Part shown: one piece after another, positions 25,601-37,739 of the stretch
How positions within the stretch are numbered: position 1 is the first letter of the stretch
How the letters are laid out: each line of letters begins with the position of its first letter
Assembly (NCBI GenBank): GCA_009103225.1
Contig: RHPI01001819.1
Coordinates: 62,001-126,000 of the forward strand
From: Chlorokybus atmophyticus
Taxonomy: Eukaryota; Plantae; Mesostigma and Chlorokybus algae
DNA length: 64,000 nt
Direction of reading: 5' to 3'
The notes under the pieces: model-generated
What the model was told of the DNA's origin: nothing
The model's input: the letters and a program-made list of their open reading frames with translations, nothing else
The model's database searches: none
Made by a program: the position numbers and the translations under genes

Positions 25601-27210
25601 ATAAGAGATCAGATCAATTGTCGTACCACCTTGAATAGACTCTCCACCGTTTTGTTCGATGGTGAGCGCGCGCTTCCTCCAATTGGATGGATGAGTTATA
25701 TTGCTATAGCCACGGTAGTCCCAAATTCCGTCAAACCCGTTCCGTAGGGTGATGCAGCAAAATTGCATGTTCTCCTTCATCTTCCCAATGCGAACGCACA
25801 ACTCTTTGGTCATAAACGCAGCGCCATTACCTCCAGAGGGTGGCTCTCCATCAGCGAGCTTCACTTCACCTCCTCGTAATGACGAATTCTAACCGTAACG
25901 CCGCACAATATCGATACTCATAAAGTTGCTGTTGGCACCGCTATCAATCATGAGCTTACACTCTCTCCATCGTCCTTGGTCATCGCAAATGTGTGCTCGA
26001 AGCCCAAAGTACTTTGTTGTCTCCTCTTTGCATAACTCACCACCGTTGACGCATTCACAGCCATCTCCTCTGACTTCCTTGATGGAAATGTCACAGCATT
26101 CGTCCGTGCACGAGGCTCCTTCCTATCCCCAGCAGTAGCCTCCTCACCTACTTAGGGAAGTCGATTCTCTGCTCCACGCCATTTTGCTCCATGGTGTTGA
26201 CACGACGATCATGGCGAGGGTTGCCATACGGTGTTGGCCTTTGCATGCTTCGTTTGGGGCATTCATACGCCAAATGCTCAATCGACCCACAAGCATGACA
26301 CTTGCGCACCCCTTTACCTCTTTCACCACGTCCGCCGTGCCTCGCCTCGCTTTCATGCCTGTGTATGGCACCCACCTCCATTGGTGCAGGCCCAGAGTCA
26401 GCTCCACCTCCATTGGCAAGCGCTAAACTCGGTTCTCCTCGTCTCCATGCATGTTGAAGCCTCCCCGGGGTTGATCACCATGCCTTTGCCTCCAGTCAGT
26501 GTTTCTTGTGGTAAACTTGAAGTACAACGCGTCGAGACGCTCCGCGATGCGTATAGCCTCCGCGAGTGTCTTCGGGTCCCGTAGCTCCACTTCTTTACGC
26601 CTTAGAGGTTTTAAACCACGTGTATACCTGTCCAGCTGCTCCTCATCGGTCATATTGGGTATGGACATCACCGACCCCATTTGCACAAGGGCTGCAAGTT
26701 TGTCGCGTGCGGCCTTCACGCTCTCAACAGGAACAAATTGATATATACATATTGATTTATATATGTATATATATCAATATATACCTGACCTCCAGTGCCA
26801 ACTCTTCCATGGTGATCAATGGTAGCGCCAACCCACTTGCAACACGCGTACAACGTCTGTCTCCACCATACAAGTGCTGCACCTTCGCAGCAATGTCGCT
26901 GCAACCTCCGCGCGCAGATGCGTGGGCACCTCCGTGAGCTTCAACCAAGACGATACTTGGAAAATGCATTCATCTACTGCATCTCCATCACGTTGACCCT
27001 TGAATGGCTTGGGCTTTGGCACCTTCACATGCACGCGCGAGCTTGATGCCATGGGAACTTGCACACGCGCCATCGCATGCTCATACGCCTCGCGTTGTGC
27101 TTGTGCCGCCGCTTGAGTGTGATGAAGCTCTTCCCTTGATGCTAAGATGGCAGCTTGAAGCTCTTCCATGCGAGCATCCTCCATCTCCACTAACACATCA
27201 CACTCCATTT
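22650..27210 (-). pseudogene. Chromovirus gag-pol (gag, CCHC, PR, RT, RH, IN, chromodomain), many frameshifts
   Basis: KPKPFKGQRDGDAV, PMEVEL, CHACGSIEHLAYEC, LMIDSGANSNF, YLDDILVY, CDASNTAV, HDVPFAGH...CDAC, FHPQTDGQTER; chromodomain EVEDILGKKFVHGVRKFLVKWKGYPLHEASWEPEAHL near 22690-22815. Confidence 0.93.
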
Positions 27211-27278
27211 CCGAATAACAAGTGTAAACGCCTACACACCTCCTCTTGCACCTTCGTAAACCGTGCTCCGATATCAGT

Positions 27279-27946
27279 CGTGACGGTGCTCGTGCCTTGT
27301 CACCTGTAAGTTGGTCCAATCCACAACCCTCTCACCAAGACACGGTATTCACACCGGAACCTTGCCCCCTCTGCCAAGCACACGCGCGCAACCCCGCCAC
27401 TCGAGTACGCACGCGCATGCGCTCGAAGCTACACACCGACTTGTGTAGCGCCTTGGATCATCACACAAGCAAGCACACACTAGTGGAAACACGCTAGCAA
27501 CCCCTGCTAACCACCACCAAACTTGCACACAAGAAACTAGGGAGCTAAAGGTTGTATTGCAAATTGCAGAATGTCACTTTTATACCTACCAGTCTGCACA
27601 TGCAACTGTCTAGACAACTCTAGCGCTAGACGGAATTAGAAGCTAAGATATTCTTGCAGAATCTTGTAGTACACTTCTAGACCTTTCCGACGCACCAGAG
27701 ATCTCCTTATTTGCTGCTCATATCAAGTTATACTACTTGGCGCCAGGCCCTTCCAGAAATCTGGTCGAGCCCTTCTCGACTGGCCCTCCGTTTTCTGGCG
27801 TCTTTCAGACTGGCCCGGGGCCTGTCGATATCTGCGGCAGACTCGCAGCTCGCCGATATCCGCCACAAGTCATGATAAACATGATACCTCACAAATAAGG
27901 CCTAAACTGGCCATGAAAGTCACGCAATTTGGCCTTGACTGTTACA
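27279..27946 (-). repeat. 5' LTR of chromovirus (668 bp)
   Basis: CGTGAC...GTTACA (one terminal substitution); adjacent PBS and TSD. Confidence 0.95.
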
Positions 27947-28339
27947 ATAAGGGTGTACACAACGGGATGGAGCAGGCTCAATTACAGAACAGCAACTTCG
28001 CACTGCCCTGTTGTGACAAGCAACCATGCTACATCGACAAGAAGGCATCGGCCTGAGACGGATGTTGGGGATGCAAGAAGGTGGCAATGCAGCTCGAGCA
28101 AGACTAGTGACTTGGCTAGTCACCAATCACCCTGCAGTGCCTCTGTTCGCATTCGGCACCAGATTGTTATGGTTGGACGCCTTCCTTCGCTCCCTACGGC
28201 AAGCCTACGACGAGGTTGCCTCGGCAGCCACTAACACCTTAAAGGAGCTCAAGAGGCCATACTAAGGTTGCCAAGGGTGGAAGCAGCGCAGCAACGCAGA
28301 TGCATCGCAGCTGCTTCTGAGCAGCATGTCAACAAACAA

Positions 28340-28930
28340 CACACGGATTGACGCTCAAGGACCATGAATGGTCCGTGACGCAGGACCGGGGTTTTCCCCT
28401 GCTAAGTGAAATTGACGGACCATGTATGGTCCGGCTTTCATGGACAGTCGGACCATGCATGGTCCGAATTTCACGTGAATGGTACCATTGTCCCTTGGGA
28501 CGCACCAGGCATGGTGGCCAGTATGCATGAGATTTATGGACCATGCATGGTGCGATGCCCCCTGGAACAGTGGACCATCCATGGTTTGTTGCTTGCTTCA
28601 TGTCCGGTGACTAACAGTCGCACCATACATGGTCCATGGATACGGACCGCAAGTCATGTTTGTTACTGAGATTGCCTGGACCAATCATGGTGCGCTGCCC
28701 TCCTTGCACAGTGGACCACATATGGTGCCAGTCTGGTCGACAGTCGCACCATGAATGGTCCATGGCTACCGACAAGGTGTTGCGCATACGTGGTCCACAA
28801 GCGGCACCACGTATGGTCCTGCCAGGCACCGCACCATACATGGTGCGGTCTACCTTGATTTGGTGCACCAATCATGGTCTGTCATGATGTCACATGCATG
28901 GAAGCCATGCATGGTGTGCGTGCTGTTTCA
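28340..28930. repeat. Left subterminal array of GGACCATG(C/T/A)ATGGTCC-like palindromes
   Basis: Roughly 15-20 degenerate copies with irregular spacing, e.g. 28359, 28417, 28450. Confidence 0.9.
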
Positions 28931-29049
28931 TGCACCATGCCTGGTGCATACAATCCGCCACGCATACAATTCACAAAAATGCTGGAATGGACTGTCAAAG
29001 GACAGTCTGATCATGATCATCAATATTAAGCTAGCGTCATGTACTATAC

Positions 29050-29956
29050 CTACAGTCTCCTACACTGCACGCTGCTGTTGACAGTCGCAGCTGACAACAG
29101 CTTTGTTGTGTTGCACCTTCGCCTGGGCAGCTGGACCCCATGTGAAGCCACTCCCATCTTTCCACATTGTGTGCTGACTCCCAGCCTCAGGAGCCAACGA
29201 CAGCCTCAGGAGCCAGGGACACCCTTGTTTGACAGCCTCTGTGGACAGCCCCTGCAGCAAACTCGTGCATCAAATGTCTGCAAAACAACTGTAAGTCTAC
29301 CTGTGCTTACACAAGACATACTGTGTTGACACACACATGCAACTGTAGCACAGTAAACCACCCTACTAGGATGACAAGGGCTGTCGCATCCACTGCTTCT
29401 TGGGTTGCCATGGCTTTTTCTTCCTTCCCTTGCTCAACAGCCCTGCAATGTGTAGTCGCCTCGACAACTACCCAAGGACTGTCAATGACTTGCAGTTCAA
29501 TATGCATACCTGGTAGTTTGCGAGATTCATATCGCCACTCGCACCCTCCTTCAACCTCATCGTTGGCCACCAACCACTTTTTCTTTGCTGCAAAGCTGAC
29601 AACTGCTCGCAAGATCCTCTCGTCTGGATAAGACTCCATTCGCTCACGATCCTTGAATGGCAGCTGGTGACGACTGGTGCATACCGCGTGCTCAATGTGC
29701 TGGTAGTACTCGTACACGTCCATCGCCTGCTCTCTAGTGGGGGCGTTTGGTTTGGTGTCGCAAACAATTGCAGCTGCAAAATCCAAGTCCATTGCAACTG
29801 TTTGATCTTCACAGTCGGAGATGGCTCCAGCAGCCTGCACATGTCATACATCCGTCAATAGAGTGCATTGGCGACTGTCCATATGGGACAGCCTGCGACT
29901 GTCAAGTGACTGTGAGGACCACGAGCGCGCGGCATAACGTAACGCCATACAAGCAT

Positions 29957-29994
<38 letters not shown>

Positions 29995-31680
29995 AGGCAG
30001 TGAGCAACAGATAGTTGGACACTGTGCGTGATGTTGCAAGAGATGGTATGTGTGCTACTGTGAGTGTGCGAGCAAACGCGTGCCAATGAGTCATGCCATG
30101 CGCTGACAACAGCCCTTACTGACCTCTGTGTCTGTGCTGTGCCGAGCTGCGGTCGTAGGCAGTATGTCCTTGATGCAACCCGGCACCACAATGCGATCGT
30201 CGTTGCCGCATGCCTCACATGGACAGATGCCTCCGCCGGCCAAGAACATCATGGGCCACTCCATCTCCCTGCCCTGCATGTTGTTTAACACAAAATGTTC
30301 TTGCACTCATGCACCATACAGTCACAGCAGGAGCATATCCACAGCAAGCAATGTACCTCCAGAGTACGCCCACCATGGCAGCTGCTTGCCAGCTGGCCAT
30401 AGAGAAAATGCCTCTCTTTCACAGGTAGGCGAATGCCAAGGTTGCCATCCTCGCTTCTCACTGGCATCCAGTGGGTAACACAGACACTGTACGTCCGCAT
30501 TGGTTGTTCTGGCTCGCATACGGACTTGATGGTGGCGACGCCAACAACTACTGCGTTGTTGGCAATGTCAAACACCTGATCTTCAGCGAACCCGTCCGCA
30601 CCCCTGTTAGGAAATTCTGAGTTAGCAGGCAGCATGTGTGAATCCAGTACGCAGCCATGGAGGCACAGCTAAGCAAACCAGTGAGGACTGTAGAACTTGA
30701 TCGACAGCCGACAGCACAATAGTTACCTCTCTTTCAGCCAAGTGGCCCGGTACTGAGCATCTGCTAGAGGCTCAGCAGTCAAAGGCGCAAGCATGACCAC
30801 CTGCTGGTTGGCCCTCGAGTCCCTGCCAATCGAAAAAGTCATGCCCCAGCCAGCAGCAGCTTCAGTAGCGCGGCTGCCTTGGGTAGCTTCCCTGTCGCTG
30901 GATCGCCTTTGCTTCTTGGTAGCATTGCGTTCTTCCATGCTTTGCCCGTAATCACTACCGCGCTTCGCGCCAACAGAGTACTGTAGCTGGAGAACATGAC
31001 TCTTGATTTGTGCTGCAGAAACACAAGCAGATGAGACATGGCAGCGACAGTCCTTTGGTAGCCATCAGCAAGGAGGTCACATCTTGGAACATAGCATAAC
31101 GCAACTGGTTACTGAGCAACCGACAACTGAAAGCATGAATGATATGCAGGGCAAGGACTGTCAATGGCAAGACAGAGAAGGAGACACAATAAAACCGAGG
31201 AGAAGGTGCCATGCTGCTTGGAAGGCTTGCTTCAATACAGCTCAACTCTACTAGCAGCTTGCCTTTGGTCCATTTCAGGGTGTGGTTTGTGTCAAAAACC
31301 AGTGGCTCTGACGCCTGCAATACAGTCTCGCAGACATCGTCCAGCTCCTGCCGGTGCTGGGCGTTCTGCTTGAAGTCTGTGCCTTTCATGCCTTGAGGTG
31401 GTGGCCACTTGCTCAGCATCTCTTTTTTCAGCTTCGCCAGGTTGTTGATATGCGTTGTGCGCATATGCTTGAACTCTGGTTTCATCAGGAACTGCGAGCC
31501 CGTCACTTGGCCCAGCAAGTGGTTCCCCTTTGCTCTGAAGCAATCAGCTGCAGCGGGCATTTGTCTTGCCTCCCCAGTGGTCATGGTGTCAGTTGGACTG
31601 CCTAAACAAACAACTGAACTTGGAGCAAACAGTTTAACTTCACACTTGGGGCAACCCAAGCTGTCGACTGTCAACAGAGA
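29050..31680 (-). CDS. Multi-exon hypothetical protein inside the CACAC element, possibly TnpA-like accessory protein
   Basis: Protein-like segments in ORFs 30955..31674, 30285..30635, 30091..30306, 29307..29840 and 29060..29260 separated by intron-like DNA; VVVGVATIKSVCEP...YSVCVTHW...RLP loosely recalls Tnp1/En/Spm accessory domains. Exon structure not verified. Confidence 0.5.
29958..29992. repeat. (GT)n microsatellite
   Basis: Direct observation. Confidence 0.95.
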
Positions 31681-31981
31681 CTGTCATGCAAGCAAGCAAG
31701 CTTCCAAGCTTGCAAGCAACCTGCTCACCTTTCAACAGCTAAAATCAACTGGCAAACAGCACAGAAGAAGTGCAAGTGTCCTGGCACCACAGCAAGTGAG
31801 CAACCCAAGCTGTCGACTGTAAACAGAGACTGTCATGCAAGCAAGCAAGCATTCAAGCTTGCAAGCAACCTGCTCACCTTTCAACAGCTGAAATCAACTG
31901 GCAAACAGCACAGCAGAAGTGCAAGTGTCCTGGCACCACAGCAAGTGAGCAACCCAAGCTCGACTGTCAACAGGGACTGTC
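31651..31981. repeat. 149-bp tandem repeat, ~2.2 copies
   Basis: GCAACCCAAGCT... starts at 31651, 31800 and 31949. Confidence 0.95.
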
Positions 31982-32301
31982 GGACCAGTGCCTCACATAA
32001 ACAACCGCACAAGCCGCACAAGCGTTGTGAGTTCGCACAAGCCACACAAGCCGCACAAGTAGCGCAACAATGCAACTCGCCAAGAGAGCGACGCGGCTGT
32101 CGGTAAATTAGGGTTGAACTCGCCTAGGAATTGACGGCTGTCTGTGGGTTAGGGTTGGCGGCGTACACAAGCGTCGCAAGACCTTTGGCATGGTTGTTGT
32201 TGTTGTTGAGCAAAGATTGGGGGTGAAGGGTTTGGTTCAGGGTGCTGTTGGGTAGGCGTCGACAGTCTCTTGGCACAGTGGACAGTCCAAGGCAGTACAC
32301 C

Positions 32302-35300
32302 ATGGCTCGAAGGAGGTCGTCCACAGCGCCGCAGTTTATATGGGGCTGCCTTTACTGTATGAACAGCGTGCACGCTGGTCACCGTAATGCAGACGGCCAA
32401 CCTGGCATGGGAGAGACCAAGCCCACGAAAATTGCACAGCACTGGAACGGTGCTCTGTGCCGAATGATGCGCGTGCTCAGCAATAAGGGAGGGAGGAAGG
32501 ACAAGGCTACACTCGAAAAGTTGGCAGAGAAAATCCAGCAATCCATCAGGGTACGAACCCTCAGGCATTCTTGATCCAAGTTCTTGCAACATCCTGCCTG
32601 GACTGTCAATGATGTGCCTTGCGCGTGCGTACAGCGCATTGGCTCATGGTGCAGATACTTGACAGCCGTTGCTTGAATCCTGCGCATATCGGTTGTACTT
32701 GACAGCCGTTGCTTGAATCCTGCGCATATCGGTTGTAATATGAGTGCAACCGTCGTGTTCTTGGACTACGTGAAGTTTCGTGACATTTTTGAACGCACAA
32801 TGCAACTCACCAGCAGCGGCGTGCTGCAGGATGAGCAACTGCCCCCTTACCCCAATCCCGCAGTCTCAAACTTGAAGCACTGCAAGATGGCAGACATCAA
32901 GGCTATTCCAGGATATGTGAGTTGCTGAATTCGCACAGCAGCAATGAAACCATACTGCAACATGCGTACTAACCCTGCCATGTTTCAGACCAACGAACTG
33001 TACGAAGAGATGCAACAGCTGGCGGCTATGCATACCTGGACACGCAGAGCAACACGATCTCGAGGAGCAGGAAGATCAAGAGGAGCAGGAGTAGCAGGAG
33101 AACCACAGGATGAGGACGAGGACGAGGATGAGGACGAGGAGGGTGCGACACCCAGTCCACCGAAGCGAAAACCCTCAAGGCGTCGCCAAGCCGCAGCAGT
33201 GGATTATGCAGCGGAATTCGCCAGTGCTCTTGAAGAGATGAACAAATTCCAGGTGAAACGCTACCCCTCAACAGGTTCCAAAGCGCCACCCAAACTTTCT
33301 GCTGACTACTTGAGGGTGAGAACATATCATGACAGCCTATGCCAATGTAATGGTCTGTGTTTATCTTTGCGCTAGAGTCTGATGGTTACTTATCACTGCA
33401 TTAAACAGACTGACCGGGAGATACCAAACCTCAAGCTCATCCATCGTAGCGCTGGAGACAAGCACCAGCTGTGGAGACTGGATAATGTGGAGGATGCAAG
33501 AGCATCCACACGCATCCCAGTCAACGAGCAGTTCAAGTATCTTACGCACAACTGGTTGATCAAGGACTCAACCATCACTGGTGCTGGACTGGGACTGTTT
33601 GCCTGCGAAGACATTCCAAACGGTACGTGCACGTGTGTGCGTGTGTATCTTTGTGTGCATGTCTCTCTGTGTACTCGCGGATCACTCATGACTTGTGCGC
33701 ATCTGTGCAGAGGCTTACCTGTTGCCATATGACGGCAAATGGTTCAAGCAACAGGAGATGGAGGAGGTCTTGCATCGTTACCAGCAAATCCGCGAAATCC
33801 GACACCACCGGCGATATCATGTCAACCTGTTTCCACCAGATACACCAAGCCATTATCAGGTTGTCATCGACGGGCACCCCCGCACTGGCTGTGTAGCGGC
33901 TTACATCAATTCCGCACATGGGCACACTCAGCCCAACGTCATGTTCTACTCGGACTTCGATGACGTCGGCCACCCAGCTGTCACTGTGTATGCAACTAGG
34001 GACATCAAGGCAAGGGAGGAGCTACTCTTAGACTACACCCCTTTCCCTGCGCCACCAGACGGGCAGACATACCAAGTAAGTGTGATTGCATTGCTGCATG
34101 CCCAGTTTGCATGCCTTGTTGGTGCGACTGTCAATGCGAGACTGTCAATGACTCCACAACTGTGACACTGGAAGCTAACTTGCCTTCTTTGCTGGCAGAC
34201 CCAACTGTGGCAAACGGAGGATGCGGCGCAGAGGCTTGCGAGAAGTTGGAAGTTGACCACGGAGGACGCTATGTGGTTGCTTACCAGCAAGCCACCAAGG
34301 CAGCTGGGCGAGAGTGACTTCGCATATTCCATGCGTTTGGTCCAGCGTGTCTTCAGCATGCCCAATGCGGACGCAAAGACAAGAATGGTGAGTTGTACTG
34401 ACAGTCTTCCAACAATGACAGTCTCTTCGACAGTCTTATCGACAGTCTGTTGTTTTGCATTCCTGTCGCAGTGCACTTGCATGCACTGTGACATGTATGC
34501 TAACAACCAAGATCACGTGCATGTGTCAACAGATAGATTCTGAAGCCCATATTCAGCGTCAAATATCTGTTCATTTCTGTAAAGCGGTTTATGATGCTGC
34601 CTACGAAATGAAAGAGGCTGCAAACAGACAAGTCGACGCCCTAAAACAAGTCATTAGGGAGTTAGACCTACGGATAGAACAAGAGAACGTGATCAGGGTA
34701 CGTCAGCATGTGGTGCACCTTTCACTTCACACATTTGCTTAAACTGTTACCTGTTTTTGCAGGAAAAGGTCGCTGGTATCCAGAGAAAGACTGCCGAGAT
34801 GCACAGAACTCAGACAGCAGCTATTACTACCAGAGAGGGGGCTCTCACCAGGCAGGCGACAGCATTGGCACTGAATGGAGAGGACTGGGAAAAGGATTGG
34901 GAGAGAAAGATCCGGGGTATGCTGCAGAAGGGCTTCAAGGAGTCCAGAAAGGAATGGCTTGACGAACTCAAGCGGGACATTGTGCGTACACTTGTAAAAG
35001 AGCAGAGCGAAGCTGACACACGGGCGGAGGCACAAGCTGCAGCATCTTTATTGGTGGCGATCAACAACCCTGATACTCCCCATTCACACGACGATCATCT
35101 CCATCAGTTGAGAGTGCCCTTGCACCCCGCACCTCCACCACTGAAGACCTGGCTGGAGAGACAAGCTGAGCGTGAAAATCCTCCACCTGACACTCCACCT
35201 CCCCACAGTCCCAAGGACAGTTCACCTTATGACAGTCGCGCGGACAGTCCACCAGCCGACAGTCCACCTCACCACAGTCCACCTCACGACAGTTTCCATG

Positions 35301-37483
35301 ACAGTCCCCGTCCATCTGCCAAGAGAAAGAGAGAGAGAACAAGTGCCCCCATGTCTACACCCCCAGCTGAGAAGAAACGTCCCCTTCAGCCAGACACTCC
35401 TGCACGGCCAACTCTACCAGCTGTGCGGCCACAAGCTGGAGAGGAGGCTCTAGCAGCAGCGCGTGATACAATTGAAGGTTTCAAGAAGGCCCACGAGGAG
35501 CACCGCAAGGCCGTCAATGACGCATCGAAATTGAGCGAGGAAGTGGCAAACGCTGTGGAGATTTCTGCAGAACAGCTGTCATTCGCCCTCGGGCTTACAA
35601 GACAAGCATTGGTGAGAATAATTGCATCGCGTACAGTCTTTGTGGAAGAAGGGGGGGGGGGGCTTTGATAATCTGTTGTGGCCTCTGTACTTGATGTCTA
35701 TGTGCGACAGCAAGGACAAGAGCGCGTTCTTGCAACTCGTGACAACCTGCAGACCAGCCTAGTCAGTGTGAACGAGGCGCGCAAGCAGTATTACCAGCGT
35801 ACTCTTGACCTTGAAGTAGCGGAGTCGCAGCAACAGGTTGCAATCCTTCGCAAGGAGTTACAGGAGACGCAACAGAGGGCTGCAGATGCCAACGCTGAGG
35901 TCGCCCGGGTGCGCAAGGAGTTGGAGGAGACGATAAAGACAGCATCAAGAACAAATGATGAGTTCAACCTACTCTTAGCCGAGCTGCGCAAGAGGTTCCA
36001 GGTGTCGGAGCAGAGGGCTGGGGCATCAGATGCTGTTATTGCCAAGCTGCGCAATGATTTGGAGGAGACGGAGCAGAGGGCTGCATTAACCGATGCTGAG
36101 GTCAACAATGTGCGCAAGGATTTGGAGCATGCGGAGCAGAGGGCTGCAGCTTCCAACTCTGAGGTCGCCAAGCTACAAAAGGAATTGGCGGAGTTGCAGC
36201 AGAGGGCTGCCGCTTCCAACTCTCAGGTGGACAACCTGCGCAAGGAGAGGGAGGAGTTGCAGCAGAGGGCTGCAACCACCGATGCTGAGGTCGCCAAACT
36301 GCAAGAGGAGTTGGCTACAGCACTCGAAGCCGCCAAGGAGCGTGCGGCATCAATTGACGCCCAGATTCGCGGCCTCGAATTGCGAAACTTTGATTTGCAA
36401 TCGCGCATGCTGGCAATGGCCTCCAGCTCCTCTGCGGGCGCCAAGATTGGGGAAAAGATGGAGAGTTCTCGGCAGCGCATTCGCCAGCAGGAGCAGGAGG
36501 TAGCACAGCAAGCGGCGAGGCAGTCAGCATCAGAGGCCGTTGGAGGGGCTGTCGATGCAGCGGCTGTCGATGCCGCGACAAGAAGAGCCAATGAAGCAGA
36601 GCGGCAGCTGGCAGAGGCGCAAACCCGCTATCAAGAGTTGGAGCAGAGGCTGGCTGCAGTGCCTTCAACATCAGAGGCTGTCGGAGGGGCTGTCGACCCA
36701 TGCGTTGACGAAAAGCTGAATGAAGCGCTAGCAGGTGCAGAAGCTTTAGACAAGCAGGTGAGAGACCTCAAAGAACAGCTGGACAAGCAGGTGGCAGATC
36801 ACAGAGCACACCTCCAGCAGGTAGCACAGAATCGTGTGCAGTACCTCATCGGCAGAATCAGGGAGTGGGCGCGTGAGGTCTCCAACCAATTTTTTGCACT
36901 GCGAAACTACGAACGTACAATAGTGTTGGGCCGTTTGCCAAACACTCAGCTCTTTAACGATTGGCCACAAAGATTTCGGGAGGACCCAGTCGAATGGCCG
37001 GGTATCTTCATACGGCGTGCAGCTCAAATCAGGCAGGCGTGGCAGCAATCACAACGGAGTGCCATTCCATTCACTGGCTTTCAACAAGGTGCCAGTGGGT
37101 TCTGGGACTTCTACAGGAACGCCGAGTCGCACTACACTGGCATCTTGCAGGAACCCGAAATCACAAGGCGCGCTACCCTAATTTCCATGTTTGACGTAAT
37201 GGTTGTCATGCTATCAACGTCTGTGCACCACCTCCGTGACCTTGACGAAGGGATGGCTTCACTTCGAGGACCAGCGGCAGCGCCATTGTATCAGCTACAG
37301 CGTCCAATGGACTATGCCGCTGCATGGGCGTGGTTGCAAACCCCCGCAGGTGTATCAGCCCTCAGCAGCTACCGCGCTCAGTGCTCCATACCAAGACCTC
37401 CTCGTCCTCCTCCTCCTCCTCCTGCTGCTGGTGCTGCTGCTGGTCCTCCTCGTCCTCCACCTCCTCCTCCTGATGCTGGTTGA
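32302..37483 (+). CDS. Spliced SET-domain protein (putative lysine methyltransferase) with Cys/His-rich N-terminus, long coiled coil and Pro-rich C-terminus; probably frameshifted in exon 2 in this copy
   Basis: SET motifs IKDSTITGAGLGLFACEDIPNG (~33555-33622), AAYINSAHGHTQPNV and VYATRDIKAREELLLDY (~33895-34040); GT-AG introns join ORFs 32242.., 32713.., 32944.., 33382.., 33695.., 34253.., 34757.. and 35678.. (e.g. intron ~35612-35710 gives in-frame LTRQAL|QGQERV); 40-bp duplication at 32656-32735. Confidence 0.82.
35870..36320 (+). repeat. 63-bp (21-aa, three-heptad) repeats in the coiled coil
   Basis: EQRAAASNSEVAKLQKELAEL / QQRAAASNSQVDNLRKEREEL / QQRAATTDAEVAKLQEELATA and at least three further degenerate units. 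Confidence 0.9.
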
Positions 37484-37739
37484 TGTTTCCCTGGTTTATA
37501 GCTTTAGTGTAAGTTGCCTAGCAGTTGGCCTTTGCGCGCTGCAAGTAGATCTGCTGGTACGCTTGACCCTTCCTTGTGTACATAATCTGTGAAATGTACA
37601 AGTGTGTTACTCACAGTAACCAATGCGTGCTTAGTAATGCCTTGTGTAATGCCTTGTGCCAAAAACACACACTGATAGTGTTGTTACCCGACAGTCCTAG
37701 GGACAGCCGACTGTCCATGGGACTGTCAAGGAACAACAC

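Larger units (their letters stand above)
21967..27946 (-). mobile_element. Full-length chromovirus (Ty3/Gypsy with chromodomain), 5980 bp
   Basis: LTRs 21967-22610 and 27279-27946 near-identical apart from a 24-bp length difference; 5-bp TSD ATAAG (21962-66, 27947-51); PBS TGATATCGGAGC (minus strand, 27265-76) resembles the tRNA-iMet PBS TGGTATCAGAGC; PPT AGGGGGGGGGAGGAA next to 22610. Confidence 0.95.

Noticed and set aside
28340-28930. CRISPR-like array of palindromic repeats (also 42750-43785)
   Set aside because: Repeats are degenerate, irregularly spaced, lie inside TIRs of a eukaryotic transposon and no cas genes are present.
32105-32160. Interstitial telomere
   Set aside because: Only two isolated TTAGGGTT units; at most telo-box-like promoter motifs.
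33555-34045. Giant-virus origin of the SET domain
   Set aside because: Minimal SET architecture is compatible with it, but there are no viral hallmark genes and phylogeny is required.
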